From: Camelus ferus
Taxonomy: Eukaryota
Reading direction: 5' to 3'
Length of the DNA: 64,000 nt
NCBI RefSeq assembly: GCF_009834535.1
Contig: NC_045698.1
Location: forward strand, 10,170,001-10,234,000
A program made the position numbers and the translations under genes. The notes below the pieces were generated by a model. That model ran no database searches, had not been told where the DNA came from, and saw only the letters and a program-made list of their open reading frames with translations. Shown piece by piece: positions 23,104 through 35,750 of the stretch; the stretch's first letter is position 1; each line of letters starts with the position of its first letter.

Positions 23104-26065
23104 GTGCTCAATGAATAATGATTGAACTAATGAATGGAAGGAAGGAGAGAAAGATAAGAAGACAGAGAGGGAAAATAAAGAGTCAACTTTGATTTCCCCC
23201 TTTCTCAGAGTCAGAGCTCTGTGACTGAATGGGAGGGGTGGGGTCAGAGGGAGGGTGAGGCAGCTGGGTAAGGCCAGGGACAAACACCTGGCAGACGTGA
23301 GAGGCCCGTGGGAGGGATGAGGCGGGGCCTCGGGAGGCCCTGCAGATGGCACGTTACCCCGCCTGTGGGCAGGTCTTCGTGGCACCTGCAGGGGAAGTTC
23401 AGTCCCTCTAGTCTCTCAAGTCCCTTGATGATGGTGAGGATGTCCTCTGACCAGTGTCACCAGGCTAGGGGAAGGGAACCTTTCGTCCTTTCTCCTGGAA
23501 GGTACCAGCCAGCATGCTAGTACACTTGTGTTTTAAGGAGGCCCTGAGAAGGTGGAAAGCTTGGCTGGTGCCAGCCTGCAGCGTCCTGGCCATGAGAGGA
23601 CACGCTGACTGGCTGGGGGATGAGCTGAGTTTTACTTACGAAGCCTGAAGTGAGTAAACCAGGCATCGCAACATTATTTTTGAGGCTGAGCATATCCAGG
23701 GTCTACAGAAGTCGTTTTCTTTTGCACAGTATTGTTTTATTCCAAATTATGTATTTATAAGAGGCTGTGTCTGTAACACGTGGGATTTCTAATAACCATG
23801 AACATTAAATTTAGCATTGTTCCTGCAGCGGATGAAACGTGAGGTCTTCCCTGAAATAACTGACCTGTTCTGTCGGTTGTCTGGGTCATCTCTTGTTGGG
23901 ACAGGCTGATTCTCCCAGTGGGCACACCAGGGGCAGTGTTGCCAGACCTCCCCCGGGGAGAGCACAGCCGAAGGGCTGGCTGGGAGGTGGGGAGGGTCCG
24001 GAGCTCTCCTCCCTTGCCTTCACATCCCCAGTGCTCGAGGGGGGAGTCAAGGGTGTAGTGCCGGGGAAGTGTCTTCAGAACAGGGAAACTTTCCTAAAAC
24101 TGAGGCTCCTGTGATGCCACGAGTTGAGGCATGAGGCAGCTTCGGGGGAAACAGGCAGAAGGAGGAAATACTGTGTCATTTAAAGCACTGCGTGTTCAGG
24201 CCAGCTTTATTTTGTTCACACCCCTCAGTCCTTGAGGAATTTCAGGCATTCTGGTCATTCCCCTCAGAAAGCCTTCAGGGAGTGCATTGATGTCTAAAAG
24301 GGGAGGGAACCGACTCTGCGATGGCTGCTTGGAAAGTTAAAAGGGGAGTGTTTCCTATAAATCACGAGGAGAAAGTCTAGAAACAACACCCTGTTGACCT
24401 GAGTGAGAAAGGATGGGCATCCTTGGGGACTGTGAAGTGGAGTCCTCGCCTGGGTCGTTGTTCCCTCTGGAACCTCGATGCCGGCCCCATCTTCTCACTT
24501 GTGGGTTTGATTGCAGATTTTTTTCTTCTAAGTGGCATGCTCCGGCTTTTGTATTTAATGCAGTCAATTAGGAAGGATGTTCCTGTGTCTCAGTGTTCTC
24601 AGGACTGTGTTCCTCTAAGCTCTGTAGGAAATGGCCAGTGAGAGACAACACCCTCTGAAGGACTTGGTTGGAGGAGAAGACCTGTGTGTAAGAGACACTA
24701 GAGCGTGGTTTCCACCTTGTACGGAATATGATGAAATCGGATCGGGAGGACTTAAGTTGTGTAATAATGATTCTCGCACCTGAATTGTTTAGATACGAAG
24801 TTTAGGGAAAACCTTTAGCTTTGTTCTTCAGTCTTAAGTGAGAAGTTATGGTGTAATAATAAAGTTAGTTTTTTGGTGTGATGGGAAGGTCTCTTAAGAG
24901 TAAAATTAGAATCCAGTTTTGCTAATGTTATATTTGTTACATTTGAAACTCATTGCATACAACTCATATTAATATCTAGCAAAATATTCTGTGATAGAAG
25001 CCCCTAAGAGTTGGTATCTGAGCTCCCTTGGAGGTCAGAGGGAGGGCGAGGGTCTGTGTGAGGGGAGGCTAGTGAGAGCTGGGCCCTGTCTAGGTTTCTG
25101 ATGGCCCATTTCTGAATGGAGGAAACCCCACACCTCACCTCCACCCCTAATAAAAAACAAAGAGGAGAAAAAGGTTGGTTTTCATTATTACTTGGTTAGG
25201 TTTGGGAGGAAATTGTGTCTGTTTTAATGTAATTTTCTGCACCTAGAGTTTTAACTCTGCTGTGTTGTATGTGGATCTGTCAGGGGCAGGTCCACCCTAG
25301 ACAGCTGTGACCATTGTCACAGAAGACTGCCCAGAGTCAGAGACTTTGTTTCCCGTTCAGTCTTCCCAGGGTCCACACTGCATTGGTGCACAGAATCTAT
25401 TTTTGAAGTGGACAGATGATCTTCTGAGCCATGAATGTGCGAGCCTGTGATTGGCAGCGTGTGTACTGGGATCGGACGACAAATGGCCTGGGAATGTTGG
25501 GGAGAGGACACATAGTGTAGCAGCGGCCGCGCATAGCCTCACATCCCTGGGCTCAGAGGCTGGAGAGGACTGGAAAAACCTCACCGTACGCAGTCTTGTC
25601 TCTCGCAGTCATGTGAACTTTGCGGAGGTGGCATGTGGATTTAACTGCAGGTAATTTACATGGGCGCAAATCCCATCAGTTTGAATAAGCTCTTTAGAAT
25701 GAAATTGATACCTGCTTTATCACCGCTTGTACTTACAGAACTGTTCTGACTTTAGAGGAATTTACTTGTTAGAACAGTTTTCTCTCCCGTGAGTGTTGTT
25801 TGGATATATCAAGTTATAATTGGTGGGGTCAAGCCATTCTAATTGTAGGCTGTGACAAACCAAAGTCTGGACAGGAAATTTTACATGTATACTTATGAAA
25901 TCAAAGGGACTAAAGTTAAGATGTATTTAATAAGGAAGTTCAAACCATCTTGCTTACCTGAGACGTCGCCTATGATGTCTAAATTTATAATATCAATTAT
26001 GATACATAGACTTTATATACTTAAAATAGATTTAAGATAAAAATAAAACATAGAAGTGTATGTTT

Positions 26066-26232
26066 GATCTAGAACAAGAGTGGGTACTTTTTTTGTGAAT
26101 GCCAGATAGTGAGTATTCTAGGCTTTGTGGACCCATTGGTCTCTGTCCCCGCTACTCAGACCACAGTTGCAGCTGAGAATCAGTATTTGGGGAGAACGGA
26201 CTTGTCCCCTGGGTTCCTGTTTGCTGGTCCCT
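26066..26232. mobile_element. MER58A-like hAT-Charlie MITE
   Basis: 'ttttttgtgaatgccagatagtgagtattctaggctttgtggacccattggtctctgtccccgctactca ... gtttgctggtccct' matches recalled MER58A. Confidence 0.75.
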
Positions 26233-27212
26233 TCCTGCAATGTTGTCTTAAGACTTGGGAGGAGAGGTGGAGCGGACAGCCTCTAGAACCTGTCCCAGGA
26301 GTTTCCTTTAGATGTGCCGTGATGTAATTTTCACCACCCTGGACCAGTCCAGGTAATCATGCCCCACTTTAAGGGGTTTCCCTGTACCTTTAGGAAGACA
26401 GTGTTCAAGGCTGGATCTAGGTGACTCTTTCTTTACAGCAGTGAGTGGTTCCTAACTCCTGCAGACCCACCTTCCCTGTTTATAACATACTGTGAAATGC
26501 TTCCTGTACGATTCTGAAATGTAATTAATGTGTAATTTAAAAATCAAAACAATGCTTTAAGTAACAAAAAAGACATGAAATAAATGCAACTTGTAAACAT
26601 TCATTTAAGTATGGATGCCCAGATAATAACTATACACTAGAACAGTGGTAATGGAAGTGCTGGTCTGAGGGGACAGCATGTGTCTGTAAATCCTCTAGCA
26701 GCTTCCTTCATTGAGTCTTGCTGTGGAAAAACAGTCCACTGAACAAACTCTGTTTAAATGCAGGAAGGTTCTAATGAACTTGTGGACTTGCCACTGGTCT
26801 TCAGATCACATTGTGGTAGCCCTGCTCTAGAATATGTGACTATGTTTCCACCTGTTTGCACCCATGTATAGAATCTCCATGAACGAGAGGTCCACGGAGG
26901 CCACTTGTGCCTCATGTGTTGTGCTGGTGACTCCGAGACCTTGAGTCACGTTGCTGCTGGTGACATAATTTCTCAGGTGAGCAGCTCTTGGTACATTTCC
27001 AAACCAAAATAGAGATTTCCCCCATTTACAGGTTGTTCTCCAGAAAAATGTAGTGTATAGAAAACTGTACCCCCAAAATTGTTTCTGCATGAAATAGAGT
27101 TAGGTTGTAAACCCAGGATTTTCACTTCCTTGAATATCTGGCAAGACACTGGAAAGTCAGGCAAGATGCTTAGTGACAGGTGTGTGTGTGCAGGTGTGTG
27201 TGTGTGCGTGTT

Positions 27213-27343
27213 GGCAGGGGCTGTCACATGCAGTGGTGTCCAGCATTCCTGGCTTTCATCCTCTAAATGCTAGTAGTGTCTCCTCCCGCCCCGCCCCCCC
27301 ATCCTTGTGACAGCTACAAACGCCCGCACAGATTCCCAAATGT
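27213..27343 (-). mobile_element. MER20-like hAT-Charlie fragment
   Basis: 'ggggctgtcacatgcagtggtgtccagcattcctggctttcatcctctaaatgctagtagt ... ttgtgacagctacaaacgcccgcacagattcccaaatgt' matches the reverse of MER20/MER20B. Confidence 0.7.
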
Positions 27344-29229
27344 AGATGAATGAAGGAGTGTGGAGGTGAGGATCGGGGAGCACGTTCGTCACAGGGGTGG
27401 GTGTCAGGATGGGTGCTGTGCTGTGCTGTGCTCGGGTGCAGGTGGGCTGCGGAGGGAGCAGTTAACCCTCTGCCTCAGCTTCCTCAAGCCTCTTCTCCCC
27501 CTTATCATGTGCTCCTTCTCTGCCTTTCCCTTCCGCCCCCAGTTTTGCCCCATTCTCCCTAGTCCTTTCTCTTTTCTGTCATTCTCTAGGGTAAACTTCC
27601 TTGTCTTGATGTTCTAACATACCAGCTAGTCTTATCATTTGCAAGGTATGTTGAAAACACTTTATTACCAATAGTAATCAAAGCACCGACATTTGCAACG
27701 CACTTTTCCCAATATCACTCACTTCCCTATTGATTTTAGATTTGGGGCTGGAGAGAAAGCGGCGGAGTGCAGGCTCCTGCCTGTCACGATGCTCCGGGGG
27801 GCTCCCTTGCCCGTCACAGGAGGTTGCTGGAGGACTGAACTTGAAAGATACAGCTTGTGAGTTACTTGCCAACGCCTGCTCCCTGCGTTTAGTGGTAGAT
27901 GTTACAGAGGAGGCAGAAACAAAGCCCCGTCTCCCATGTTCCCTATCGTTTGGTATTTTAACCATCTAAAGGTTTAGAAAGGTACTTTGCTTCAGCAACG
28001 TCTCACTCTGCGATGTGACCCTGTGATGCTCAGTACTGACGAACAGGTCCATTTTTCAGCGGGGGCCCTCCCCCATCCACTTCCCTCTGCGGGCCAGACC
28101 CTTTGGTGCTCTGTGAGTCTGAGTGTGAAAGTGTGTGTTGGAAGGGAGAGCGGTTACTGCTGTTGTGTCTGAAACAAGTTAGGGTTATATTTGGTGAACC
28201 AACTTTGGCTATTATCGGTTGATTTTTATGGGTTTCACAGTTGAGCAGTAATGAGTCATAATCACTACTTAATTGTCTCAAGCCAGAAGGTGGACGTGTT
28301 TTTTTCTTGGACCCTCCAGGCTGTCAGTGAAGGGGAGAAAACCTTTCCTTGGGGTTAAGTTGAAAGTCAGCTGCTGACATCCTTTCTTGGGCTGGTCGCG
28401 CTCTCCTGAGCAGACCTCTTTCCGGGAGCCTCTCTGCCACAGAGGTACAGAGCCAGTCACCAGCTCCACTCTCTACCATTATGAGTTTAATTTAATAATA
28501 CAAGTAGAACATGAAGTATGTAAGTATGAAATGTCTGCTGCGTAGTAATTTAAAGCTTTTACAAGTTATGGCAGAGTTAGAGGAAGTGGTATGTTTTATT
28601 GCAGACTCACAATAGGGGTCCTTTCTCATCCTGAGGACTTGTGTTCCTTTGAAGAGTCTTTTTTGGCTTAAACCCATGACTGAATTTAATTCTCTATTTA
28701 CTCATATTACCATAGATCATTTTGGGGATGGAGGAAGCAAATATTTTTTAAGAACTTACATGTGCAAGATCATTCAAAGATTCAGGCCTTCTGGCATAAA
28801 GGTTTAGTTGAAAACATAAGGACTTCATTCTAACAGCAGTGGCGGCAGCAGCCCCCAGCCCCCGAGATAAGAGCTACAAAAGTTATCTAATCCTCACTAT
28901 GATCCTGCCAAGGTGGGCCTTGTGTTATAGTGCTGACATCAAAGATGAGAGATGCCAAGTGCTTATGAAGGTCACAGGCTGCTAGGGGCCAAGTCTGTGT
29001 TTTTGCCATTACCCTTCTTGATAACATATTCCTGTTGTACTGGGCTTGTCTTAGGTTCTTGGATGAGGCAGACATACCCACTGGCCCTGGCCTCCCTTCC
29101 TCTGGCTGCAGTGAACATGCCCTCCCTGCACCCCAACCCCTTGGTTAAGTTCTAACCACCATTTAAGTTTCATCTTAGATGTGAGCAGATAGGCATTTCC
29201 TAACCTCCACATCAGCTTCTTCCTCCACC

Positions 29230-29435
29230 CCACTCCCCAGCCTGCAGGATGTCCCCTTGACTTCCTGTAATCCCCAGCTTTCTACCTGTTGCATTTATGG
29301 TATTAGTTGGGTGATGGGTGCCTACTCTCCTGGACTCTTAGCTCAGTGAGGGCAGGAGCCGTGTGTCATCCTTGCCTAGCATGGCACGTGGCACATGGTG
29401 GGTGTACGGGAGATGGTTTCTAAATGAGTGAAGGG
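29230..29435 (+). mobile_element. L2 LINE 3' end
   Basis: 'ctggactcttagctcagtgagggcaggagccgtgtgtc ... cctagcatggcacgtggcacatggtgggtgtac ... aaatgagtgaa'. Confidence 0.65.
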
Positions 29436-32000
29436 ATGTTCATACTTTCGTCCACCATGTTCCATGCAACACACACAGAGCAGAAAGCGAGAGAGAGAGG
29501 TGTGCGCAGCCTTCACGTCATGGGCAACAGAATTTAAAACATTGCACACTAAATCATTAAAAAAAGGATATGTTTTCAACATACGCATTTTTGTTTACTT
29601 AATATGTACTGTATACTGCAAAAATTCACAAAATTGGAACTTTAAAAAGGATGAAGAAATTTTGAAAACATGGTGTTTCTAATATATTTTTCTGTGTCAC
29701 AAAATCAGCTGATGCGAGGACCTACTGTCCTGGCAGCTGGGCTGCTGGGGAGCTGGGGCAGGCTTTGCAGGAAGAGGAAGTAACTAAGCTGGTTCTAGGG
29801 TCTAGTGGGATTGGATGGGACAGATCAGAGCCTGGTCTAGGGTGGGAAGTGCAGGGCTCGTGCAGGGAGGGATTCACATATGGATGGGGTAGGGGAGATA
29901 AGATTCATCAGAAAGACTGGGACTTGGCTGGGGCTGAGGTCTGATTCTGTTCAAGATGTAAGACTTCACCATCCTGAAATGACAGGTTATTAAGTTCTTT
30001 GAGGAAGCAGATAACTGCCTTCCCCCTATCCTTCAGTAAATACTTTTCCTTCCTTCTCGTATCTTTGAGTGTAGTAGAAATCAGGTGTAATTTATTCTAT
30101 CTCTTTATAAGAACTTGGTTAATTTTTTCCCTTCTCTATCAGATACACCTGAAAGATTTACTCTTTGTCATTGAAAATGGTGATGAGGTTCCTGTACAGA
30201 GGACGGCACCAAGCCATGGACTAAGTCCATAGAGAAATACTGGTTGTTTCAGAGGTAGAATAGGTGACAGGATAAAAAATGTACAATTCAGTGTTAACAT
30301 TTGGACGAGCTAGGCAGTGGCTAGGGGCACCTGGTGGTTGCAACCTTAGAAGCTGGTGGCCAGGCCAGTGGATGGAGGAAGTGCCTCTTCTCTGGCTGAG
30401 CTGTGGGCGGGGTGGCAGCTGCCTTGGCGTATTTAACCCCACGTTGTGAGACTGCTGGTGATGCTTGTCAGGGGTGGACAGCTCCCCTGAACCAGTCTGT
30501 AATCTCAGTATCTTTTAGGGGCAATGTTTACGCCACACTGAGATGGGGGAAATACACTGAGATTGGTAGTTAGAGAATCAATGTTGAAAAATCACATTTG
30601 GGGTAGTGTAGGGAGTGAAATAAATAGTGAAAATTATTCCTGTTCTAACTATAACACTGTATCTGCAAATAAGGGGAAGCATTGTAATGCTTGCAGGTTG
30701 CAGTGCAAAGTGTATTTAGCCTATTTGATGGAAGCAGATACGTCAGTCTGCGAAGAGGAATGTGTAAGTTGTCACAGCAGGTCATTTAACAGAGGTGTGG
30801 GGCATTTAAAAGTGCTTTATTTGTAAAAAAAACTCTGAAATGGCTATTATAAAAAATGATCTCATGTGTAAAGCTGAATTATTTTTAAGGAATATCTATA
30901 ATGCAGAATATTGATGAGAAAATACTAGTTTGTTTTAGGTTAAATGCATAATTTTTTTGTTAAAATGATAGTTTATAAAAACGATAAAAGAAAATGTACT
31001 TTTGCCCTAAATTATATTCCAATAACGTGGAAATTTTGATCTAAATGAAATATTAATAAGGCTTTAAGAATTTTTTTTTAGGAAACTTAAGGGGAAAATG
31101 GTATCTCTGAAAAACAAAGCAAAACCAAGACAAAATATTATCCATTCTCACATAGCGTATTCAGAATATAAGGAAAACCTAGGAAGTATATTTTGCTACT
31201 TGTAAAACATTTCTTTTCAGATAATTTGTTGATCCTTTAAAAGTACATTTTAAGCATCTTATAATACAGTCTAATTCATTCACACGAACTAACAGATTCT
31301 ATAAATAAAACAGACCCAATCTTATTTAAAAAAAAAATGCAGCAGGAAGACCTGGGTTTGATTTGGCTGCACTGTCTCCAGTAAGTGGTGGTATCTCATC
31401 TTTGACCCTCGAGTCCCTGGTTTCTAAAGTGTAGACCATAAATGTATTTATCTTACAGGCAGGGTTTAGTCATTAGGTTTGGTAATAAATGCTTTGAAAA
31501 CTGTAAAACCCTATATAAAATGTAATTGTTTCAGTGATTTAAGGATGGAATGTTGGCCAGTGATCATTCTGCCAGGTCCAAAGGTAGTTTCATTTAAGCA
31601 AACTGGAAATCTTCTAGAAAAAGGAAATATATATATATGTATATATTTTTCCAAAGCCAAAATGTGAAAACCATGAATAAAATTTTAACAATGATGTATA
31701 TCCATTCTAATCTGAGCATGTATTTGTGGAATGAGTTCATGGAAAGTTGTCAAAAGCTTTTGGGTAGGGAATGTAAGCGTTTTGGTGGTTTCACTGCTGA
31801 AAGTAAACATTTTTGAGAAAACTTAAAACTTGCAGCTGTCGATTCAATGGACTGATCCAGTTCTGTTAGGTAGATAACCTGTTTAACAAATAATTTATTT
31901 ATGGTAGGAACCAAGCTAATTTTATTCAGCTGTTGATTTCTCTGAGCATACGTCTAAATATGGAATTATGATGTTTTGGCCTTTGATGAGGCAATTTTTA

Positions 32001-32126
32001 AAAAATATTATTTATTTTAACATTTTTTTAAAAAATTGAAGTGCAGTCAGTTACAATGTGTCAATTTCTGGTGTTCGGCACAATGTCCCAGTCATGCATA
32101 TACACACATACATTTTCATATTTTTG
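32001..32126 (-). mobile_element. Strongly 5'-truncated young L1 3' end (camelid/artiodactyl type) with TSD
   Basis: T-rich tail followed by 'ttgaagtgcagtcagttacaatgtgtcaatttctggtgttcggcacaatgtcccagtcatgcatatacac', flanked by GAGGCAATTTT (31988) and GAGGCAGTTTT (32127). Confidence 0.75.
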
Positions 32127-32650
32127 GAGGCAGTTTTAATAAAGGTTTTTTCCAGAGCCTGAAGGGTCCCCGGAAAATAAAAATGTAATGGTGATTAAAG
32201 GTACTTTCTTTAAATGTGTTCAGAGTCTTAAAATGTTTTCATCTTTTATACAAGGACAGAGAACATTTTATGAAAAAGAAGTTTATCTTAATTATAAAAT
32301 GTATGTGTTTATTCTTCAGGCCTTCGTCTTATAGTGAACCATTTGCCAAAGCCAAGGTAATGAAGACGTTAAGTAGCCACCTTTCTGTTCAGTGCATCTA
32401 AAAGAACTGTTGGGTTCAGGAATAGTTAGCTTGAATATACGCACTTACTTCTCCAGAGGAATATTTGGCCAAGGTAGTAAATATACTATTTTAGTTACTA
32501 CTCTATATACCCAAACTTTGTGTGCCTTTAGGAGAGCAGAAATAGTCATACTATATCTATTCAAAGTAATCTCTCCTCCATTCCAAATGTGTTCTTAATA
32601 ATCAGTTACAGAGTAGTATTTTTTGAACAATGTCTTTGTAACATTTCCAG

Positions 32651-32870
<220 letters not shown>

Positions 32871-33215
32871 AATTTTGGCCAACTTTATTAGGATATAACT
32901 AACATAGCATAAAAATCACCTATTTAAAGTGGATGATTCAGTGACTTTTTAGTGTATTCAAAGTTGCATGACCATCATTACAGTTGGTCAACTTTAGAAC
33001 ACCTTCATTGCCAGAAAGAAACCCCACACCCCTAACCTTCAACCCTTCAGTCTTCCCACCCCTTCCAGTCTTTTTTTTTTGGGGGGGGGGCAGAGGTACT
33101 GGGAATCGAACCCAGGACCTCATGCATACTAAGCATGCACTCTACCATTTGAGCTATACCCCCTGCAGTCCTAGGCAGCTGCTGCACTATTTTCTCTGTG
33201 GATTTGCCTGTGAAA
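32871..33215 (-). mobile_element. Old L1 (L1MB-like) 3' end, interrupted by a SINE
   Basis: 'actttattaggatataactaacatagcataaaaatcacctatttaaagtggatgattcagtgactttttagtgtattcaaagttgcatgaccatcattaca ... tttagaacaccttcattgccagaaagaaacccc', resuming after the SINE as 'cctaggcagctgctgcactattttctctgtggatttgcct'. Confidence 0.8.
33071..33163 (-). mobile_element. tRNA-Ala-derived SINE (camelid Vic-1 type)
   Basis: Minus strand reads GGGGGTATAGCTCAAATGGTAGAGTGCATGCTTAGTATGCATGAGGTCCTGGGTTCGATTCCCAGTACCTCTG plus C10 and A10 tail. A box and B box (GGTTCGATTCC) are present, and CAGTC flanks both sides. Confidence 0.9.
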
Positions 33216-33975
33216 CAGCTTGTTTCATAACTTGAGAAACGTATACAGAGGGATGTTTCCAGCCTTCCTCCGATTGCAGTGCAGTAACGTGGTGCACCTG
33301 TGTAAGCCACTGAGCCCCCCCCCCTGCCTGCCTGCTCGGCATTACAGTTTTCCCTCTGATAGCATCCCAGTGTTCTTTCCCTTTGGTCCCCATGTGGTGG
33401 CTGATGTAGTGACTAAGAAGGACAGGGAGGGTATAGTGGTACGTAGTGCTGCTGTAGGTGTGGTGTGAGGTGAGGCTGAGAGGACATGGCTTGCATGATG
33501 CGTTGAACAGCAGAGAATTTGTGCAGACAGCCTGACCAGGCATGCTGGAGTTGTGTGTGCACACGTGGTGCGCACACCTGCTGTTTCCAGCAGTTGTTGG
33601 GTGGAAGTCAACAGTTGTAGCCTGGACACAGATGGAAGTGAACATGACAGTGGAAGATGAGATATGAGCAGTCACTGAGCTCACTGACCAGCTTGGTGCT
33701 TAAAATGCCTGACTGGCCCCAGCTTAGCGACTTCGTCTCCGTCCCAGTAGACGGAGGGGATTGATAGATAATGAGCTGGCCAATAATATTGGTCAGGACT
33801 TGAAAAGGGAAGTGGGCTACAAGCTGAGCCCAGACCTGCCGGCCTGGTTTTAATTTAGAATTAGCTACAATTTGAAGTAGAATTCACGACTCAACTGTTT
33901 CTCTTCTTTCTCAGCATCAACGCTATTATTACTGGTTGGGCAAAATTACCTTAAAAGCATTACTTTGGGTAGTTA

Positions 33976-34105
33976 TTTTATTTTATTTTATTTTATTTTA
34001 CTTTATTTTATTTTATTTTATTTTATTTTATTTTATTTTATTTTATTTTATTTTATTTTATTTTATTTTATTTTATTTTATTTTATTTTATTTTATTTTG
34101 TTTTA
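33976..34105 (+). repeat. (TTTTA)n pentanucleotide microsatellite
   Basis: About 26 units, with one CTTTA (34001) and one TTTTG (34096) variant unit. Confidence 0.98.
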
Positions 34106-35629
34106 TTCTAGCCACTGCCCCTGTCCTGCCTGCCTATTATCAATTAAACGTGCAGGAAGAGCTATGTATGTTCTCCTTTTTATTTTCTGTGACTTAAAGT
34201 GATTATAGTTTTCAGACAAAATCAGAGCTGTAGAGTGGAATTTACGTGTGAGAAAGTGGAGTTTGGGTCAGATTTCTTGAAATACTGGGCATATCAGAGA
34301 TTTTAACAGGAATTAAATTAGGAGAATGCTCAGCGATTTTGTTTTCCGAGGGGCTGCAGCAGGTGTTGGAGGTGAACGGACTACCTGCACTCTGGGAAGG
34401 GCTTTCTGTGAGTAAGAAGGTAATTAAGTGTGGTGAAGAAAAATATTTCGGTGTTTTCTTTGAAGCCGATTTTAACCCTTAATTGGTTCATTAATTTAAA
34501 ACACTTAGAGCATCAGTGACAGGGTCTTTCCCTCTCTTGTGGTGCAGTAATGAGTAAACTCTGCATCGCTCTGTCACCTCACATGGACTCACTTGCAGCC
34601 TGTGCAGGCGCGGCCAAGGAGGCAGGGGCTTGATGGGCGCACTGTCTCTTGCTCTGGTTGAAAATCTCCATGTGCATATAATCCAGGACTGTAATAAAAA
34701 GAGAATTCAGTGTACATCCTTTTTAAAATGTAACTTTTTATGCTCTTTCTTCCATTCACATAAATAATTCAGTAAGTGATCCTTAAGCTAAAGTCTTGCA
34801 ATGCAGCTTTGTGAAGAGCCTGGGGGCACAACTGCAATGCTTTCTGCCTGGTCTTGAATGGTGTTGCCTGGAGCTGAGAAGTCCCTGGTTTCAAGTCTCT
34901 GGTTTAACCTTGAGTTAATTAATCCCTTGTAAACCTCTGTTTTCTCAGGGAAAATAGGTAGAAAAACGGGCACTTCTTAGGCTAAGGAGAAGTGCCAGCT
35001 GATGGTATCTGTTCAGTGAGTGGCGATGCCAAATGTAATGATAATGTTGTTTTTGTTGTTCATTTTATTTTCGTATAGGACAGAAGAGGAGGGTACACAT
35101 AATCTGAAATTGTTGGCCATAGACTTGAGATGTGGAGCAGAATGCCTAGGGTGTTTTGTGTAGTCAATAAAGTAAAAAAAATACTGAAAATTCAAATATT
35201 AAACTGCCAGAATAACTCCAGAATATATAAATGGCATTCTAACAAATTGTGCTTATATGTTTTTGATGGAAAGTAAGAATTATTTTGTAATTTTCTTTTC
35301 TGATTAGCTGTACAGACCTCCTATCCCCCACTCCCCCTGCCCCCCAGCCTTTCTCAGTGCTTGTGTGAGCTTCCAGATAAAGCTGGTATTCCTCCTCCTA
35401 TACTTGGTTGAAATGTGCAGGATAAGAATTAGGTGCAGTGATTCAGTCTGCAGCGGCAGCTTTCATGCGTCTCAAAGTCTGGAGCCTTGGTCTCTTAGTT
35501 GAAAAGAAGTGCATCAGCATAGCAACGTGAAGAAGTAGAATTCATCCCCCCACTCCCCTCCCTGGCCCCTGACTTGTCTTCACCAGGCGCTTGACTGGGA
35601 ATTGATCTCCCTATTTAACCCTCCCTGAC

Positions 35630-35750
35630 CCCGTCAGGTGCCACCCATTTCACAGATGGGGACTCTGAGGCCCAAGGCCACCCAGCTGCAGAACAGAGTT
35701 CCGATCGGGTTGAGCCAACTCAAAAATCCCACATTCTTTCCACCATTGTC
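35630..35750 (-). mobile_element. MIR SINE fragment
   Basis: 'cccatttcacagatggggactctgaggcccaaggccacccagct' is the reverse MIR core. Confidence 0.6.

Noticed and set aside
33091..33163. Bona fide tRNA-Thr(AGT) gene
   Set aside because: The body is tRNA-Ala-like, carries a poly(A) tail and flanking repeat, is nested in an L1 and lacks an adjacent terminator. It is annotated as a SINE and flagged as a finding.
33936..34202. 88-aa hydrophobic ORF with ILFYF repeats that looks like a membrane peptide
   Set aside because: It is a translation of the TTTTA array.
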